In this document: piece after piece, positions 1 to 8,482 of the stretch
Layout: the number at the start of each line of letters is the position of its first letter
How positions within the stretch are numbered: position 1 is the stretch's first letter
Origin: Verrucomicrobiota bacterium
Lineage (GTDB): Bacteria; Verrucomicrobiota; Kiritimatiellia; UBA8416; JABMPJ01
Length of the DNA stretch: 32,000 nucleotides
Assembly: GCA_018648805.1 (NCBI GenBank)
Contig: JABGQM010000037.1
Location: 1-32,000, forward strand
Direction: 5' to 3'
Notes under the pieces: model-generated
What the model was told of the DNA's origin: nothing
What the model saw: only the letters and a program-made list of their open reading frames with translations
Databases searched by the model: none
Position numbers and translations under genes: made by a program

Positions 1-107
1 GCATTATTCAAGCGGCATTCAGGTGGCTCAGTTTAGATGAGCAGACCCGGCTCAATTCCGGTGAGCGCTATAGCACTGCGACAGCTCAACAAGAACACGC
101 ACCAAGC

Positions 108-135
108 TTGACATCAGCCCCGATCCGCGTACACT
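108..135 (+). promoter_or_regulatory. Candidate sigma70-type promoter for tRNA-Thr
   Basis: TTGACA (108-113), a 16-nt spacer, then TACACT (130-135). The -10 ends 20 nt upstream of the mature tRNA 5' end. This is a sequence match only, with no transcript data. Confidence 0.3.
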
Positions 136-155
136 GCGCGAGTCCTTTTGAATGG

Positions 156-231
156 GCCAACGTAGCTCAGTTGGTAGAGCAGCTCACTCGTAATGAGCAG
201 GTCGTCAGTTCGATCCTGACCGTTGGCTCCA
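156..231 (+). tRNA. tRNA-Thr (anticodon CGT/CGU)
   Basis: Cloverleaf folded by hand. Acceptor stem GCCAACG/CGTTGGC. D arm GCTC-AGTTGGTA-GAGC. Anticodon stem GCTCA/TGAGC with loop CT-CGT-AA. Variable loop AGGTC. T arm GTCAG-TTCGATC-CTGAC. Discriminator T and an encoded CCA. Confidence 0.9.
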
Positions 232-638
232 GTCTTTTCGTTGTAACTCACCTAATCTTTGGGTGTTACATCTTGTGTGGCGCGTGAGCGTCCACCACTT
301 CTGCCACCACTGTTCCTGCGTTTTGCCCGATTGTGACAGCAGGGAACGTTTGGTTGCCGCCGGCAACACATGCTTGCGCGTAGCGACGGTAGGGAACGAG
401 CAGCGCGCCCCCATGTTTCACCCGAGTAGATCTTCCTCGACTCAACAGCGATGGCCCATCCATCCGCTGTTACCTCAAGAGAAGAACTACTCAAGCAGAA
501 GCGAAAGCACACCGTTGGTGACCAGGGGTGTCAGAGGACAATCGAACGTCAACGAGAACGATCTGTCAGTCAGTATCGTTGAGCCGTCAATTGGGGGTAC
601 TGCTCCTTTACCGGCTAATTCGTTCCCCGCACTGAGCA

Positions 639-974
639 TCATAGGGTTGCGGCAATCGGTCGTATACTTTCAAGTAGGCCCCTTTTCTCATGTGCCACCT
701 GCCATAGATCATAATTGGCCTGCAGATTCAGCCAGAGTTGGGGTGAGGTAACCGTTGCCTTGGCAATACGCATTGCCATTTCAGCGGTTATGGATTTACG
801 TGCATTGACGATCGCAGATACCGCCTTCCGGGAAACCCCTATATCCGCTGCAAATTCGGTGATACTGACAGGCACTTCATCAAGATAGAACTCCCGGAGA
901 GCTGCCCCAGGATGCGTCGGACATCTCTCTCGCTCCATTACCGACAGAATGGGTTCGGAATCAGTCATCTTCAT
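639..974 (-). CDS. higA: HigA-family antitoxin (XRE-type HTH)
   Basis: 111 aa. HPGAALREFYLDE...ITEFAADIGVSRKAVSAIVNARKSITAEMAMRIAKATVTSPQLWLNLQANYDL matches the HigA/VapI antidote pattern (HPGE.L.E..L....s...lA..lgvsr..+s.i.ngkr.it...A.rla..fg.s...WlnlQ..ydl). It lies 12 nt downstream of the toxin gene. Confidence 0.9.
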   Translation of the reverse strand: MKMTDSEPILSVMERERCPTHPGAALREFYLDEVPVSITEFAADIGVSRKAVSAIVNARKSITAEMAMRIAKATVTSPQLWLNLQANYDLWQVAHEKRGLLESIRPIAATL

Positions 975-986
975 CTCCGATTACTC

Positions 987-1265
987 CTAATGATAGTCCA
1001 GGTAGTCAACAATATACACGTCGCCGCTCTCAAATCTGAATGTAACACGCCAATTCCCAGACACCTTCACAGCGTAGATCTGCAGCTGCTTCGGTCGCAG
1101 CAAGTGCAGATCCAGTCCTGGCAATCGGATATCGTCAATACACGTCATGGCATCGAGAATATCCAGAATCAGAGCCAGACGTTTGTTGTGTTTGGACTGT
1201 ATGCCCTTCAAGGAGCCGCTCTCGAAGAACGTCTTGAGCCCCTTGTGCCTGAAACTCTTGATCAC
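987..1265 (-). CDS. higB: HigB toxin (RelE/ParE superfamily, plasmid-maintenance killer protein)
   Basis: 92 aa. MIKSFRHKGLKTFFESG...LHLLRPKQLQIYAVKVSGNWRVTFRFESGDVYIVDYLDYH is the canonical HigB pattern (MIKSF.hKGL...f..G......L..L.G.....ysi.v..nwRi.F.f..g.a..v.Y.DYH). GTG start at 1263-1265, preceded by AAAGGTGAG. Toxin-first gene order is typical of higBA. Confidence 0.9.
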   Translation of the reverse strand: MIKSFRHKGLKTFFESGSLKGIQSKHNKRLALILDILDAMTCIDDIRLPGLDLHLLRPKQLQIYAVKVSGNWRVTFRFESGDVYIVDYLDYH

Positions 1266-1303
1266 CCCGACTCACCTTTCATTGTCCGAACAACCAAACA
1301 AGC

Positions 1304-1320
1304 GTAACCCATTCGGTTAC
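1304..1320. promoter_or_regulatory. Perfect 6-bp inverted repeat GTAACC-N5-GGTTAC upstream of higB (candidate HigA operator)
   Basis: Seen directly: GTAACC (1304-1309), cattc, GGTTAC (1315-1320), 39-55 nt upstream of the higB start. On the coding strand it sits inside a weak TTGCGC-N17-TACGCT promoter-like arrangement. Function is inferred only. Confidence 0.25.
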
Positions 1321-1573
1321 ATAGCGCAAGAGGCTTCCTGAATATAGATCTTTGGAGGCGTGGCGGCGTGGGGAGAGACCCGCAGCGAGGATCCTTCGTT
1401 GCTCGGGCATTGGCCGGTAAAGGAGCAATCACCCTAGTTTAGGCCTCAACGATAGTGACTGAGAATCTGCGATAATGAAGTGAGGATCGCCCCCGCGGAT
1501 TCCCTCATTGACCCGGCAGGGCACCAGGCATCAATATGGGTGTTGTTAGGATAATAGGCGGAGGAGAGGCATC

Positions 1574-1933
1574 ATGATACGTCGAGTAGCCGAGAGAAAC
1601 AGTGAAGTAAAAGAGCAGATGCGCGGTGGCAACGGGAGTGTGACCATCAGCCATCTGTTCAGCCGGGAAGAGTGGACCGCCAATGTGCGGCTGTGTGCGG
1701 AGCTGACCCTTCCGCCCGGGGCGAGTATCGGATCGCATCAGCACCTGCGCGAGGACGAGGTCTATATTATTACAGCGGGATCCGGCCTCCTGGATGACGG
1801 CAGCGGCGAGGAACGGGTTTCCACGGGTGATGCGGTCCTGACCGGCAACGGCGCGACACACACCATCCGCAACGACGGCAGTGAACCGCTCACCTTGATT
1901 GCCGTGATCGCCATGTATGGAGCGAAGGCGTGA
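1574..1933 (+). CDS. Cupin-domain protein
   Basis: 119 aa. GASIGSHQHLREDEVYIITAGSG...GDAVLTGNGATHTIRNDGSEPLTLIAV fits the two cupin motifs (G.H.H...E.y.v..G / G....p....H...N.g). GGAGGAGAGG lies upstream of the ATG. There is a 4-nt GTGA overlap with the next gene. Confidence 0.75.
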   Translation: MIRRVAERNSEVKEQMRGGNGSVTISHLFSREEWTANVRLCAELTLPPGASIGSHQHLREDEVYIITAGSGLLDDGSGEERVSTGDAVLTGNGATHTIRNDGSEPLTLIAVIAMYGAKA

Positions 1934-3060
1934 ACGTGCTGCCGGCCAGCCTGCTCTTCCCGATGCAGACCCTCTCGGGAAAGGGCAAGGTGACCGGCCT
2001 GCTGCCCGAATGTGCCGCCTTTGGATCCCGCGGCCTGTTGGTTCACGGCCGGTCGCTGGCGGCCAGCGGCGTGTTGGAACGCATCCTGGCGGCAAACCCG
2101 TCCGGACTGGAGACCATTCCCTGGCAGCATCCCGGTGGGGAACCGACCGTGGAGCAGGTGGATGCGCTGCGCGATGTGCTGCTTAGCGGGGATGTCGCCT
2201 GGGTCGCCGCCGTGGGTGGGGGCAGCGTTATGGATGTGGCCAAGGCGGCCGCCGGGCTGCGTGATGCACCCCTGCCGACCTCTGCCTATCATGACGGTGA
2301 GCCGCTGCCCTCCTCCCGCGTGGCGTTCGTGGCCGCCCCCGCGACGGCCGGTACGGGTTCGGAAGCGACCATGGTCTCCGTGCTCACCAACAGCGCGACG
2401 GGCACAAAGAAGTCGATCCGCCATCCCTCCCACACCGCCCGGCTGGTCATTCTCGATCCCGACCTGCTGACGTCCTGTCCGCCCGCCCTGGTTGCCGCAT
2501 CGGGCATGGATGCGTTCACCCAGGCGGTCGAGTCCTACCTCAGCCGGAACGCGACCCGCCTGACCGATCACCTGGCCCTGCAGGCGGTGGAGGATATCAA
2601 CCAGAGCATCGAAACCGTGTTCAATGGGGGGGATGACGCGTCGCGCGAGGCGCTCCTGCGCGGCAGCTATCTGGCCGGTCTGGCGCTATCCAATGCGCGC
2701 CTTGGTTTGGTTCACGGGCTCGCCCACCCGCTGGGCGCCCGCTTCCACCTGCCTCACGGCCTCGTCTGTGCGGTCTGTCTCCCGCATGTCCTTCGTTACA
2801 ACCGTGACGTCTGTAGAGCGAAGTACGCACGCCTGGCGGATGTGCTCGGCCCCGATGTTGAGGAGCGGGTGGCAGGCCTGATCCGTTCAATGGCCGTGGC
2901 CAACCCGTTCGCGGACGAGGTGTTGCAGGACGAGGAGGAGGTCGTGGCCGAAACAGTCGCCTCGGGATCGACCGGGGCCAATCCCCGGGACGTTGATGCC
3001 GCTGCGGTTCGCGCGATCCTCCACGCTCTCTTTTCCGCTACCGGATCGACCGGTGCGTAG
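1930..3060 (+). CDS. Iron-containing (group III) alcohol dehydrogenase family protein
   Basis: 376 aa. It has the GGGSVMDVAKAAA nucleotide-binding loop and GLVHGLAHPLGARFHLPHGLVCAVCLPHVLRYN, the His-rich metal site typical of Fe-ADH. GTG start overlaps the cupin stop. Confidence 0.85.
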   Translation: MNVLPASLLFPMQTLSGKGKVTGLLPECAAFGSRGLLVHGRSLAASGVLERILAANPSGLETIPWQHPGGEPTVEQVDALRDVLLSGDVAWVAAVGGGSVMDVAKAAAGLRDAPLPTSAYHDGEPLPSSRVAFVAAPATAGTGSEATMVSVLTNSATGTKKSIRHPSHTARLVILDPDLLTSCPPALVAASGMDAFTQAVESYLSRNATRLTDHLALQAVEDINQSIETVFNGGDDASREALLRGSYLAGLALSNARLGLVHGLAHPLGARFHLPHGLVCAVCLPHVLRYNRDVCRAKYARLADVLGPDVEERVAGLIRSMAVANPFADEVLQDEEEVVAETVASGSTGANPRDVDAAAVRAILHALFSATGSTGA

Positions 3061-3079
3061 CGTCGCTCATGGCCCGGCA

Positions 3080-4099
3080 CTAGGTCCCGCTGGACGCTGT
3101 CGGCAGCGTCAGCAGCACGGTGGTGCCGCCTTCGGTGGGACTGAGCAGGCGCAGCGTGCCGCCGTGGGCTTCGACGACCGATTGGCAGATGGCCAGGCCG
3201 AGACCGAGGGCCTCGGCGGGGCGGCTGGTGGCAAAGGGCGCACAGGCCCGGTCACGCAGGGAGGGTTCGATGCCGGGCCCGTTGTCGCTGATCGTGACTT
3301 CGACCTCTGAGGGGCGCCAGAGGGTTGTGATCCCAATGTGCGTGGCGCGCTGCCCATCCCATAGCTCCCCGGCATTGAGCAGGAGGTTGTCCAGAACGGT
3401 CTCTATGGCCTGGCGATCGACCTGTATGGCACCATCACATGGCGTAAGCTCAAGTGATATGTCCGCTGCCGCCAGGCGGCATCTGTGTCGGTCTGCCAGG
3501 GCCGCCAGGCAGTGCGCGACTGGGACGGCCTCGGGGTGTAGCTCGTGCTGTCCGTCGAGCACGGCTTGCCAGGCTCCGGCGAGCGCGGTCGGTGCGGTGG
3601 CCTCGGTCGCCCTCTCGTTCCAGCGCGCCAGTGAGCCACAGCACTGCAGCAGCAGGCGGTGGCGTTCCGCATTGAAGACCACCTGCAGAAACTCCTCGTT
3701 CGATTTACGCAGGCGCGATGAGAGCGTGTGCAGAAGTTGGATTACCGTGTCGCCCGGCTGTGAACGGACGATTGCGAGCAGGGCTGCCGCGGGAATACGC
3801 CCCAGTCGGGTCTGCCCCACTGTGTGGGCTGACGCGCTGCGCTTCTCGCCGTCAAAGACCCCCATCTCGCCCAGGCAGTCCCCGGGTCCGATGCGCGCCA
3901 GCATGACGGTCTGGCCATCCGGCGTGCGCCGGTTGACCTCGATTTCGCCTTCGAGTACAAGATAGAGCGCGTCGGGGGTGTCGCCCTCTTCGAAGATGCA
4001 CTCCCCCGGCCCGCGGATCAGGTGCTCGGCGCTGCTTAGCAGCGCCTCGCGTGCGGCATCGTCAAACGGATCAAAAAAACTGTGGTATTCAATTTTCAT
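3080..4099 (-). CDS. Cyclic-nucleotide-binding domain / histidine kinase-like ATPase hybrid sensor
   Basis: The N-terminus has a Crp-type cNMP-binding fold (IFEEGD...LYLVLEGEIEV...GPGDCLGEMGVFDGEKRSASAHTV). The C-terminus is HATPase_c with an N box (LDNLLLNAGE), G1 (DNGPGI) and G2 (GLGLAICQ). The ATG at 4097-4099 (MKIEYH...) is preferred. The track's 4144 start adds 15 aa and runs into the divergent dgoA leader. Confidence 0.75.
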   Translation of the reverse strand: MKIEYHSFFDPFDDAAREALLSSAEHLIRGPGECIFEEGDTPDALYLVLEGEIEVNRRTPDGQTVMLARIGPGDCLGEMGVFDGEKRSASAHTVGQTRLGRIPAAALLAIVRSQPGDTVIQLLHTLSSRLRKSNEEFLQVVFNAERHRLLLQCCGSLARWNERATEATAPTALAGAWQAVLDGQHELHPEAVPVAHCLAALADRHRCRLAAADISLELTPCDGAIQVDRQAIETVLDNLLLNAGELWDGQRATHIGITTLWRPSEVEVTISDNGPGIEPSLRDRACAPFATSRPAEALGLGLAICQSVVEAHGGTLRLLSPTEGGTTVLLTLPTASSGT

Positions 4100-4180
4100 G
4101 GTGTAACCAGCGCCACCCTTGCATAGTTGGTGGGGCGTGGTCAACAGGAGCTGCGGATTTCCGCGCAGGGAGAGAGTAGC

Positions 4181-4825
4181 ATGTCACACATTTCAGTTGA
4201 GCAGTTCAGAAAGGATCTGGCGCAAGCGCCGGTGATTGCGATCCTGCGTGGGGTGACGCCCGCGACGGTGTTGCCGGTCTGCGAGGCGCTCGTGGCGGGC
4301 GGCATTCGGTTCATTGAGGTGACACTGAATTCGCCCGACCCGCTGGTCAGCATCGGGCGGGCAGTTGAACATCTGGCGCCGCAGGGGGTACACATCGGGG
4401 CCGGTACGGTGCTGACGCCTGACGAGGTGGCCGCGGTGGCGATGGCGGGTGGACGTTACATCATCTCGCCCAACACGGATGCCGCCGTGATTGCGCGCAC
4501 GAAGGAGCGGGGTCTGATTTCCATACCCGGGTTCCTCACACCGAGCGAAGCGTTCGCGGCGGCGGCCGCGGGGGCCGACCTGCTTAAATGTTTCCCGGCT
4601 GGCCGTTTCGGCCCGGGCTACATCAAGGAGCTCAAGGCCGTGCTGCCGACACCCGTCCTGGCGGTAGGTGGCGTCACTACCGATAACGTGGACGACTATT
4701 TCGACAGTGGTGCGTACGGGATCGGGGTGGGTTCATCGGTCTATCAGTCCGAGTGGGAGCCGACCACGATTCGTGATGCCGCGGAAACATTGATGGCGGC
4801 GGTGTCTTGTGCCGTGTCCGCGTAG
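4181..4825 (+). CDS. dgoA: 2-dehydro-3-deoxy-6-phosphogalactonate (KDPGal) aldolase, Eda/DgoA family
   Basis: ILRGVTP...IEVTLNSPDPL.SI...GAGTVL.P..V......GG..IISPN...VI......G....PG..TPSEAF.A...GA..LK.FPA..FGPGYIKELKAVLP...AVGGVT closely parallels E. coli DgoA as I recall it (FGPQYIKALKAVLP). The ATG at 4181 (MSHISVEQ) follows GGGAGAGAG. The track start at 4127 is probably too early. Confidence 0.75.
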   Translation: MSHISVEQFRKDLAQAPVIAILRGVTPATVLPVCEALVAGGIRFIEVTLNSPDPLVSIGRAVEHLAPQGVHIGAGTVLTPDEVAAVAMAGGRYIISPNTDAAVIARTKERGLISIPGFLTPSEAFAAAAAGADLLKCFPAGRFGPGYIKELKAVLPTPVLAVGGVTTDNVDDYFDSGAYGIGVGSSVYQSEWEPTTIRDAAETLMAAVSCAVSA

Positions 4826-4851
4826 CGGACGTCATGCGATCAAACGAACGG

Positions 4852-5676
4852 TCAGCGCGTATGTGCGTGGCGATAGACCTGAGGGGCGACGCCGGTGTGC
4901 CGTTTGAAGGCACGCGAAAAGTGGTAGGGGTCGGGATAGCCGCATTCGATGGCAATGGCCTTGACGGGGAGTGGGGTGGTGCCAAGACGGGTGGCGGCGT
5001 GGCGCATGCGGATGGCAGTGACGTACTGGGCGGGCGGAATACCGAGGGTCGCTTTGAAGAGGCGACTGAAGTAGACCGGGTGCAGATGCACGGCGCGTGC
5101 CAGGGCCCCGACGGAGCAGTCGGTGGCAAAGCGGGAGGTAATGTGATCGAGCGCCGGCCGCAGGCGATGAAGCGCCCGGGCATCCGGCAGAAGATCGCCC
5201 CATTCGGCCGGGAAGAACGGTGCGACCAGTCCGCCCAGGATGGCGAGGGCCGTGGCGAGGGCCATGGGTTGACTGGTTGTGGCCGCTTCGAGCATGGCGT
5301 GAAAACGGGAGACCGAAGCGGCATCCGCTGGCATGGCGCGTGGGGCTCCGCCGGCAAGAAGATCGAGCTCAGGAATGGCGAAGACGTTGAAGTGTACCCA
5401 GTTGAGGTGCATGGTCGTTGCGCAGCAGTAGCGCGCGGCTATGCCGCCGGGGATCAGCCAGAGGTGGCCGGGTGTGAGCTGGAAGGTGTCCGCCGCTGTC
5501 TGGATCGAAATGTGGCCCGACTCAAGCAGATAGAGGCGGGCAAAATCGTTGCGAATCAGCTCACGTCCGAAATTTCCCCAGGCCGCCCCGTAAGCCGCGC
5601 TCTGCCCGGCCAGCAGCCGCCAGGTGAGCGCCTGAACCGGGGCGAGTGCATCGGGTGATCTATAGGTGATATCCAT
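4852..5676 (-). CDS. AraC-family transcriptional regulator
   Basis: 274 aa. The N-terminus is a cupin-like sensor domain. The C-terminus carries the dual HTH: VGALARAVHLHPVYFSRLFKATLGIPPAQYVTAIRMRHAATRL...VKAIAIECGYPDPYHFSRAFKRHTGVAPQVYR. Confidence 0.85.
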   Translation of the reverse strand: MDITYRSPDALAPVQALTWRLLAGQSAAYGAAWGNFGRELIRNDFARLYLLESGHISIQTAADTFQLTPGHLWLIPGGIAARYCCATTMHLNWVHFNVFAIPELDLLAGGAPRAMPADAASVSRFHAMLEAATTSQPMALATALAILGGLVAPFFPAEWGDLLPDARALHRLRPALDHITSRFATDCSVGALARAVHLHPVYFSRLFKATLGIPPAQYVTAIRMRHAATRLGTTPLPVKAIAIECGYPDPYHFSRAFKRHTGVAPQVYRHAHTR

Positions 5677-5794
5677 AGAGGTAGGTTATATATATCTATC
5701 AACTAGTTGCAATGAGATATTGCTGATATGGACTGTTATACTTGATGATGGTGGGCGTGTTACGGGCGAAATAGTTATCTAGCAAGGTGAGGTT

Positions 5795-6886
5795 ATGACA
5801 GCAGAGCAGCAAGGGCGGTACCAGGCGTTTATGGGATTGAATCCGCAGCGGATTCCGCATTGGGAGCACTGGTCGTGTCCGGATGGCGAGACCTACCTGA
5901 CGGGGATTGATCATTACGATCATCCGCGCCAATGCCGCGAGCGGATGCGGGAACTCTATCCGCAACTTGAGATCGGGGTACCGGCATCGGACGATCCGAT
6001 ACCGCGGCCGGAGGAGCAGGAGGACAAGGGCAAGGGGCGCTGGGGTGACCGCAACCGCGACCATTGGCAGCAGCAGGATGCCTCGCACCGCTTCAAAAGC
6101 GAGGAGGAGATGCTGGCCTTCAGTCCCTTGGAGCAAGGCGACTTCACGGACTGGAATGTCGTGGTGGATGGCGACTTCAGCTCGGAGGAGATTATCTACG
6201 AGCGTTTCCGCAAGCACTACCCGGCGGAGTGGGGCGACCAGGCGCCGGAAGGAAATCCGGTTGCCTGTTCTTTCTACAACACCATGTTCATGTGGCCGAT
6301 GCTGGTGTTTGGCTACGAGAACTTCATGAATCTCTGCCTGCTCCCTGAGTTCGAGCGGATCATGGAGGAGTTTGCCGAGATCAACCGCCGTCTTTTCCGG
6401 GCGTTTGCACGCCTGCCGGTCAATTTCGTGGTCTGCCACGATGACATTGTGTTGTCGCGGGGACCGGTATGCTCACCACCGTGGATGCATAAGTACATCT
6501 TCCCGCGTTACGAAGAGTACTGGAGTCTGCTCAAAGCGGCGGGCAAAGAGGTGATCTTCATGGTGGACGGCTGCATTGATGCGTATGCCGACGACGTGAT
6601 CGCCTGTGGCGCACGCGGCATCATCAGTGAACCCTACACCGACTACAAGGCCATCGCACGCCGGCACGAAGGCAAGGACCTCTTTCTCGCGGGCGAAGGC
6701 GACAACCGTGTCCTGATGCGCAACGATGCCGCCGAGATTGAAGCGATGGTGGACAGCATGGTCGAGACCAGTCGCATGACGGGTGGCTACATGATGTGTG
6801 TGGGCAACCACATCCCGTTCAACGTGGAACCCGAGGGCATCAAACGCTACCTCGATCTCTCTGCGGAGCGCACGCTGCGGGGATAG
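5795..6886 (+). CDS. Uroporphyrinogen-decarboxylase (URO-D)-like family protein, function unknown
   Basis: 363 aa. The C-terminal two-thirds (VVCHDDIV...PPWMHKYIFPRYEEYWSLLKAAGKEVIFMVDGCID.Y.DDVIACGARGI...LAGEGDNRVLM.NDAAEIEAMVDSMVE....GGYMMCVGNHIPFNVEPEGIKRYLD) follow the URO-D/MtaA-like TIM-barrel template as I remember it. This is not a motif-exact call. AAGGTGAGG lies upstream of the ATG. The gene is divergent from the AraC regulator across an AT-rich gap. Confidence 0.55.
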   Translation: MTAEQQGRYQAFMGLNPQRIPHWEHWSCPDGETYLTGIDHYDHPRQCRERMRELYPQLEIGVPASDDPIPRPEEQEDKGKGRWGDRNRDHWQQQDASHRFKSEEEMLAFSPLEQGDFTDWNVVVDGDFSSEEIIYERFRKHYPAEWGDQAPEGNPVACSFYNTMFMWPMLVFGYENFMNLCLLPEFERIMEEFAEINRRLFRAFARLPVNFVVCHDDIVLSRGPVCSPPWMHKYIFPRYEEYWSLLKAAGKEVIFMVDGCIDAYADDVIACGARGIISEPYTDYKAIARRHEGKDLFLAGEGDNRVLMRNDAAEIEAMVDSMVETSRMTGGYMMCVGNHIPFNVEPEGIKRYLDLSAERTLRG

Positions 6887-6889
6887 ATT

Positions 6890-7660
6890 CTAGCCGCGCG
6901 CCTGCAGGCGCTCAAGAATAGCGTCGTGCAGGAAGCCGTTGGAGAGGACGGTGGATCCGTTGTGGACGGTGCGGTTGCCTTCGATATCGCTGAAGGCTCC
7001 ACCGGCCTCGCGCACAATGCAGGCCGCCGCCGCGGAGTCCCACGGCTTGTCGAGGAGAGAGATGGCAAGGTCGAGCCGGCCGCACGCCACACAGCCGTAA
7101 CTGTAGTTGTCCATGAAGCCGTAGGTGTAGTCCCACGCATGCATGGCGGCGAGAAGCTGTTTCCCGATCGGTTCGTTCATCCGCTCCACCTGTCCGAGCG
7201 CAGACCCCATGGCGTCTGAAAGGCTGCGTGTATCGGATACCCGAATCGGCTGCTCATTCAGAAACGCGCCGCACCCGGTGGCGGCCCGATAGATCTCGTT
7301 CATCGCGGGCAGGTGGATCACACCCACAACGGGGTCGCCGGCGTCCTCGAGGGCGATCAGGCAGGAATGGGTTGGAATACCGCGGATAAAAGGACGTGTG
7401 CCGTCGAGCGGGTCGACAATCCACGTGCGTCCACTTGTGCCGGCCTGGGCGCCGGTCTCTTCACCCAGAAAACCGTCCTCCGGAAAGGCCTCCTGCAGAC
7501 CTTCCATGATCAGCGCTTCGCAGGCGCGGTCGATGGCGGTAACAGGCGAGTCATCCGCCTTGCGCTCCACGTCGAGGCCCTTGGCTTTTCCGCCCATCTG
7601 GATCGCACCCGCACGGCATGCGAGGTCCACCGCCAGACTCAGCTCTTGTGTGTAATCCAT
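6890..7660 (-). CDS. Inositol monophosphatase-family phosphatase (SuhB/HisN-like)
   Basis: 256 aa. It has LGEETG, WIVDPLDGTRPFIRG and WDSAAAACIVREAGG, the three signature IMPase motifs. Confidence 0.85.
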   Translation of the reverse strand: MDYTQELSLAVDLACRAGAIQMGGKAKGLDVERKADDSPVTAIDRACEALIMEGLQEAFPEDGFLGEETGAQAGTSGRTWIVDPLDGTRPFIRGIPTHSCLIALEDAGDPVVGVIHLPAMNEIYRAATGCGAFLNEQPIRVSDTRSLSDAMGSALGQVERMNEPIGKQLLAAMHAWDYTYGFMDNYSYGCVACGRLDLAISLLDKPWDSAAAACIVREAGGAFSDIEGNRTVHNGSTVLSNGFLHDAILERLQARG

Positions 7661-7700
7661 GGCGACACTCTACACGGCCGGTGGCGCATGAAACAAGCGG

Positions 7701-8450
7701 CTATTGTACCGCCTTGAGCACGGTGTCGAAATCGTAGACGGCCGCCGTGGTGGCGCCGGGGGGGATGACGAGGAAGTCGTCTTCATTCCAGTTGCCGCAG
7801 ACGAGATCGCGGACCAGGTCGAGGCGTCCGTCGAGCTTGACGAATTCCTTGCCTTCGGCCTCGGCGCGCTGTTTACAGGTTGCGAGCTGTTCCTCGCCGG
7901 GGCATTCAGGGATATCGATGAAGACGACCCGGTCGTGTTCACCGGGCGTGTGCACGGGGTTGAGCGTCTCCCAGAGGTAGGCGGCGTTCTCCTCGCCGTA
8001 CTGTTCGACAAACTCGGCGTAGGACTGACCGATTCCGAGATGCTGTGACATACTGTCGTCGGCGCGCATGAGCTCGCCGCCATGCTCCATGTAGCCGGTG
8101 GAGCTGAAGGGTGTACTGGGCGCCTCGCTGAAATGGTGCTTCCACTGCGCGCGGGAGCCGAGGAAGAGGGCGCAGCAGTCGTGTACCCGCGGGATGACCA
8201 GCGGGATAGAGGGGCTGACCAGCCCGACCGTCGAGTTGCCGCACAGGCCGAGACAGAGCGCGATGGCGTCATAATGCCGCTCAGATGCCCCGGCGGCATC
8301 AATACGCTCCTGGAGGAGCGCGCGCAGGATGTCCGCGTCGTTGTGGGCGTCCTTGGGCGTGAACTCGAGGTCGACAGCATGGGGGCCACGAGCGACGCAG
8401 TGACACACCTCGCGCGTGAACACTTCGCAGGCTATGAGTTTAAGTAGCAT
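7701..8450 (-). CDS. DUF1638-domain protein
   Basis: 249 aa. LKLIACEVFTREV...DAIALCLGLCGNSTVGL......LVIPRVHDCCALFLGS fits the DUF1638 pattern I recall (l.aC.vl..E......yd.ill.YG.CG....gl....lvipr..DCi.llLGs). AGGAAAGG lies upstream of the ATG. Confidence 0.7.
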   Translation of the reverse strand: MLLKLIACEVFTREVCHCVARGPHAVDLEFTPKDAHNDADILRALLQERIDAAGASERHYDAIALCLGLCGNSTVGLVSPSIPLVIPRVHDCCALFLGSRAQWKHHFSEAPSTPFSSTGYMEHGGELMRADDSMSQHLGIGQSYAEFVEQYGEENAAYLWETLNPVHTPGEHDRVVFIDIPECPGEEQLATCKQRAEAEGKEFVKLDGRLDLVRDLVCGNWNEDDFLVIPPGATTAAVYDFDTVLKAVQ

Positions 8451-8482
8451 GTGGCACCTTTCCTAATTGATCGCCTGGGAGT

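Noticed and set aside
263-751. 162-aa + strand ORF and small - strand ORFs (205-512) between the tRNA and higA
   Set aside because: I found no recognisable domain, no RBS and odd composition. The 3' end overlaps higA antisense. I treat 232-638 as non-coding or decayed sequence.
232-1573. Searched for an integrase, an att direct repeat of the tRNA 3' end, or IS termini flanking higBA
   Set aside because: None was found by eye, so no mobile_element feature is called. Only the compositional and positional hint is reported as a finding.
1505-2571. 196-aa and 269-aa - strand ORFs, and several + strand alternate-frame ORFs, over the cupin and Fe-ADH genes
   Set aside because: Their translations are Arg/Gly/Pro-rich nonsense. 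The cupin and Fe-ADH frames carry clear family motifs.
3120-5658. 281-aa (+, 3120-3965) and 283-aa (+, 4807-5658) ORFs
   Set aside because: They are antisense to the cNMP/HATPase sensor and the AraC regulator respectively. They have no motifs, and their composition is typical of GC-rich antisense frames.
7670-8389. 239-aa - strand ORF in an alternate frame of the DUF1638 gene
   Set aside because: Its translation is a Ser/Thr/Pro/Arg-rich string without motifs. The overlapping 7701-8450 frame matches DUF1638 and has an RBS.
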